64,000 bases of DNA. It comes from Arcobacteraceae bacterium (GTDB taxonomy: Bacteria > Campylobacterota > Campylobacteria > Campylobacterales > Arcobacteraceae). Made by a program: the position numbers and the translations under genes. Below, piece after piece: positions 62,715 through 64,000 of this stretch. The first letter of the stretch is position 1, and each line of letters opens with the position of its first letter. Location of the stretch: the NCBI GenBank assembly GCA_048268245.1, contig JBLWVX010000013.1, positions 8,356 to 72,355 on the forward strand. Reading direction: 5' to 3'. The notes below the pieces were generated by a model. The model had not been told where the DNA came from. It did no database searches and saw nothing but the letters and a program-made list of their open reading frames with translations.

Positions 62715-62729
62715 AAGAAAGTTTAAATC

Positions 62730-63647
62730 ATGTCTTATTCAAATTCAATAACTTTTGGACCAATCGCTTCAAGAAGATTTGGTATATCTTTAGGAATAGA
62801 TCTTTCTCCTTCATCAAAACAGTGTAACTTTGATTGTCTATATTGTGAATTAGAAGGTGCTAAAACAGTTTCTAAAATGACGGAATATCCAAGTGTTGAA
62901 GAAGTTATCTCTGAAATAAAAAAAAGTTTTCTTAAAAATGAAAAAATTGATGTTATTACATTAACTGCAAATGGTGAACCAACACTTTATCCTAAGTTAG
63001 ATGAACTTATAGATGAAATCAATAAAATTAAAAATAATACAAAAACTCTTATTCTATCAAATGGTAGTACTATTTACAAAAAAGATATATTTAATACACT
63101 TCTTAAAATTGATACAGTCAAACTATCATTGGATTGTGTAAGTGAAAAGTGTTTTAAAAAACTTGATAGAACTGATAAAAGTATTGAGATTGATAAAATT
63201 GTTCCTTCTATGATAGAGTTCTCTCAAAAAACTAAAAATGATTTTGTATTGGAAATTCTTTTTGTAAAAGACTTAAATGATAAAGATGAAGAAATTTCAT
63301 TATTATATGATGCAGTTAAAAAGATAAATCCTAAAAGAGTTGATATAGGAACTATTGATAGACCACCTGCTTATAAAGTTAAACCTGTAGATTTTGCAAC
63401 TTTAGAAAAAGTTGCAAATGTTTTTGAAGGTATTAATGTTAATATTACATATAAAAATAGACCAAAACTACTAGGCTCATATTCAAAGGAAGAAATAGTA
63501 CAAACATTAAAAAGAAGACCACTTACAATAGAAGATGTACAAAATCTATTTGATAAAAAATCTAAGAATAACCTTGAAGAACTAGTAAAAAATAGTAAAA
63601 TTTCACTTGTAGATAGTAGTGGAGTTAAATTTTATAAAAATTTATAG
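62730..63647 (+). CDS. Radical SAM protein
   Basis: FGP..SRRFG.SLGID, CNFDCLYC, GEPTL, RPP. Confidence 0.88.
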   Translation: MSYSNSITFGPIASRRFGISLGIDLSPSSKQCNFDCLYCELEGAKTVSKMTEYPSVEEVISEIKKSFLKNEKIDVITLTANGEPTLYPKLDELIDEINKIKNNTKTLILSNGSTIYKKDIFNTLLKIDTVKLSLDCVSEKCFKKLDRTDKSIEIDKIVPSMIEFSQKTKNDFVLEILFVKDLNDKDEEISLLYDAVKKINPKRVDIGTIDRPPAYKVKPVDFATLEKVANVFEGINVNITYKNRPKLLGSYSKEEIVQTLKRRPLTIEDVQNLFDKKSKNNLEELVKNSKISLVDSSGVKFYKNL

Positions 63648-63664
63648 ATTTTTATAAAATTCCC

Positions 63665-63693
63665 TTGACAAAGGAAAAAATTTTTACTATAAT
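63665..63693 (+). promoter_or_regulatory. Consensus sigma70 promoter of the tRNA cluster
   Basis: TTGACA-17 nt-TATAAT. Confidence 0.85.
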
Positions 63694-63722
63694 TCCACTC
63701 CATTAAAAAAATGGTTAAATAA

Positions 63723-63797
63723 TCCGGCATAGCTCAGTGGTAGAGTAGATGACTGTTAATCATTTGGTCCCTGGTTCGAATCCAGGTGCCGGAGCCA
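63723..63797 (+). tRNA. tRNA-Asn(GTT)
   Basis: Cloverleaf, anticodon loop CTGTTAA, TTCGAAT, CCA end. Confidence 0.97.
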
Positions 63798-63829
63798 CTT
63801 TTTTTAATACAATATCATAATTTATAGAT

Positions 63830-63904
63830 TCCGGCATAGCTCAGTGGTAGAGTAGATGACTGTTAATCATTTGGTCCCTGGTTCGAATCCAGGTGCCGGA
63901 GCCA
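63830..63904 (+). tRNA. tRNA-Asn(GTT)
   Basis: Identical 75-nt copy. Confidence 0.97.
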
Positions 63905-63925
63905 TTTATAAATTTTACTTCAAAT

Positions 63926-64000
63926 TCCGGCATAGCTCAGTGGTAGAGTAGATGACTGTTAATCATTTGGTCCCTGGTTCGAATCCAGGTGCCGGAGCCA
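63926..64000 (+). tRNA. tRNA-Asn(GTT)
   Basis: Identical 75-nt copy ending at the window edge. Confidence 0.97.

Noticed and set aside
63723..64000. Repeat-spacer pattern resembling a CRISPR array
   Set aside because: Repeats are 75-nt full tRNA cloverleaves with CCA ends; no cas genes in the window

Overview
AT-rich bacterial chromosome segment whose genes and signals (GyrA, GltBD, DctPQM, Ppx/GppA-LpxL, AAGG-type RBS, extended -10 promoters) point to Campylobacterota, most likely Arcobacteraceae (inference). The right half (30-64 kb) is mostly core: dctPQM, gltBD, an LOS/LPS-core locus, rpmB, argJ, gyrA, asd, hemE and three tRNA-Asn. The left half is patchy. It holds a two-component system linked to a subtilase whose prodomain appears to be a separate gene, an eroded araC/azlC remnant, and a YheO-regulated ridA-dadA-permease-alr operon. 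It also holds a defence hot-spot at about 13.3-20.8 kb and an orphan phage-type family-B DNA polymerase with a host clamp-binding-like tail. The best candidate for an undescribed system is a three-gene operon: a 595-aa putative PD-(D/E)xK-like nuclease tightly coupled to Hachiman hamA-hamB. It is followed by a decapitated NERD gene, a nonsense-inactivated PemK toxin with a convergent promoter-driven small structured RNA, and a RelB/DinJ antitoxin stub. All calls come from motif recognition only; no searches were run.
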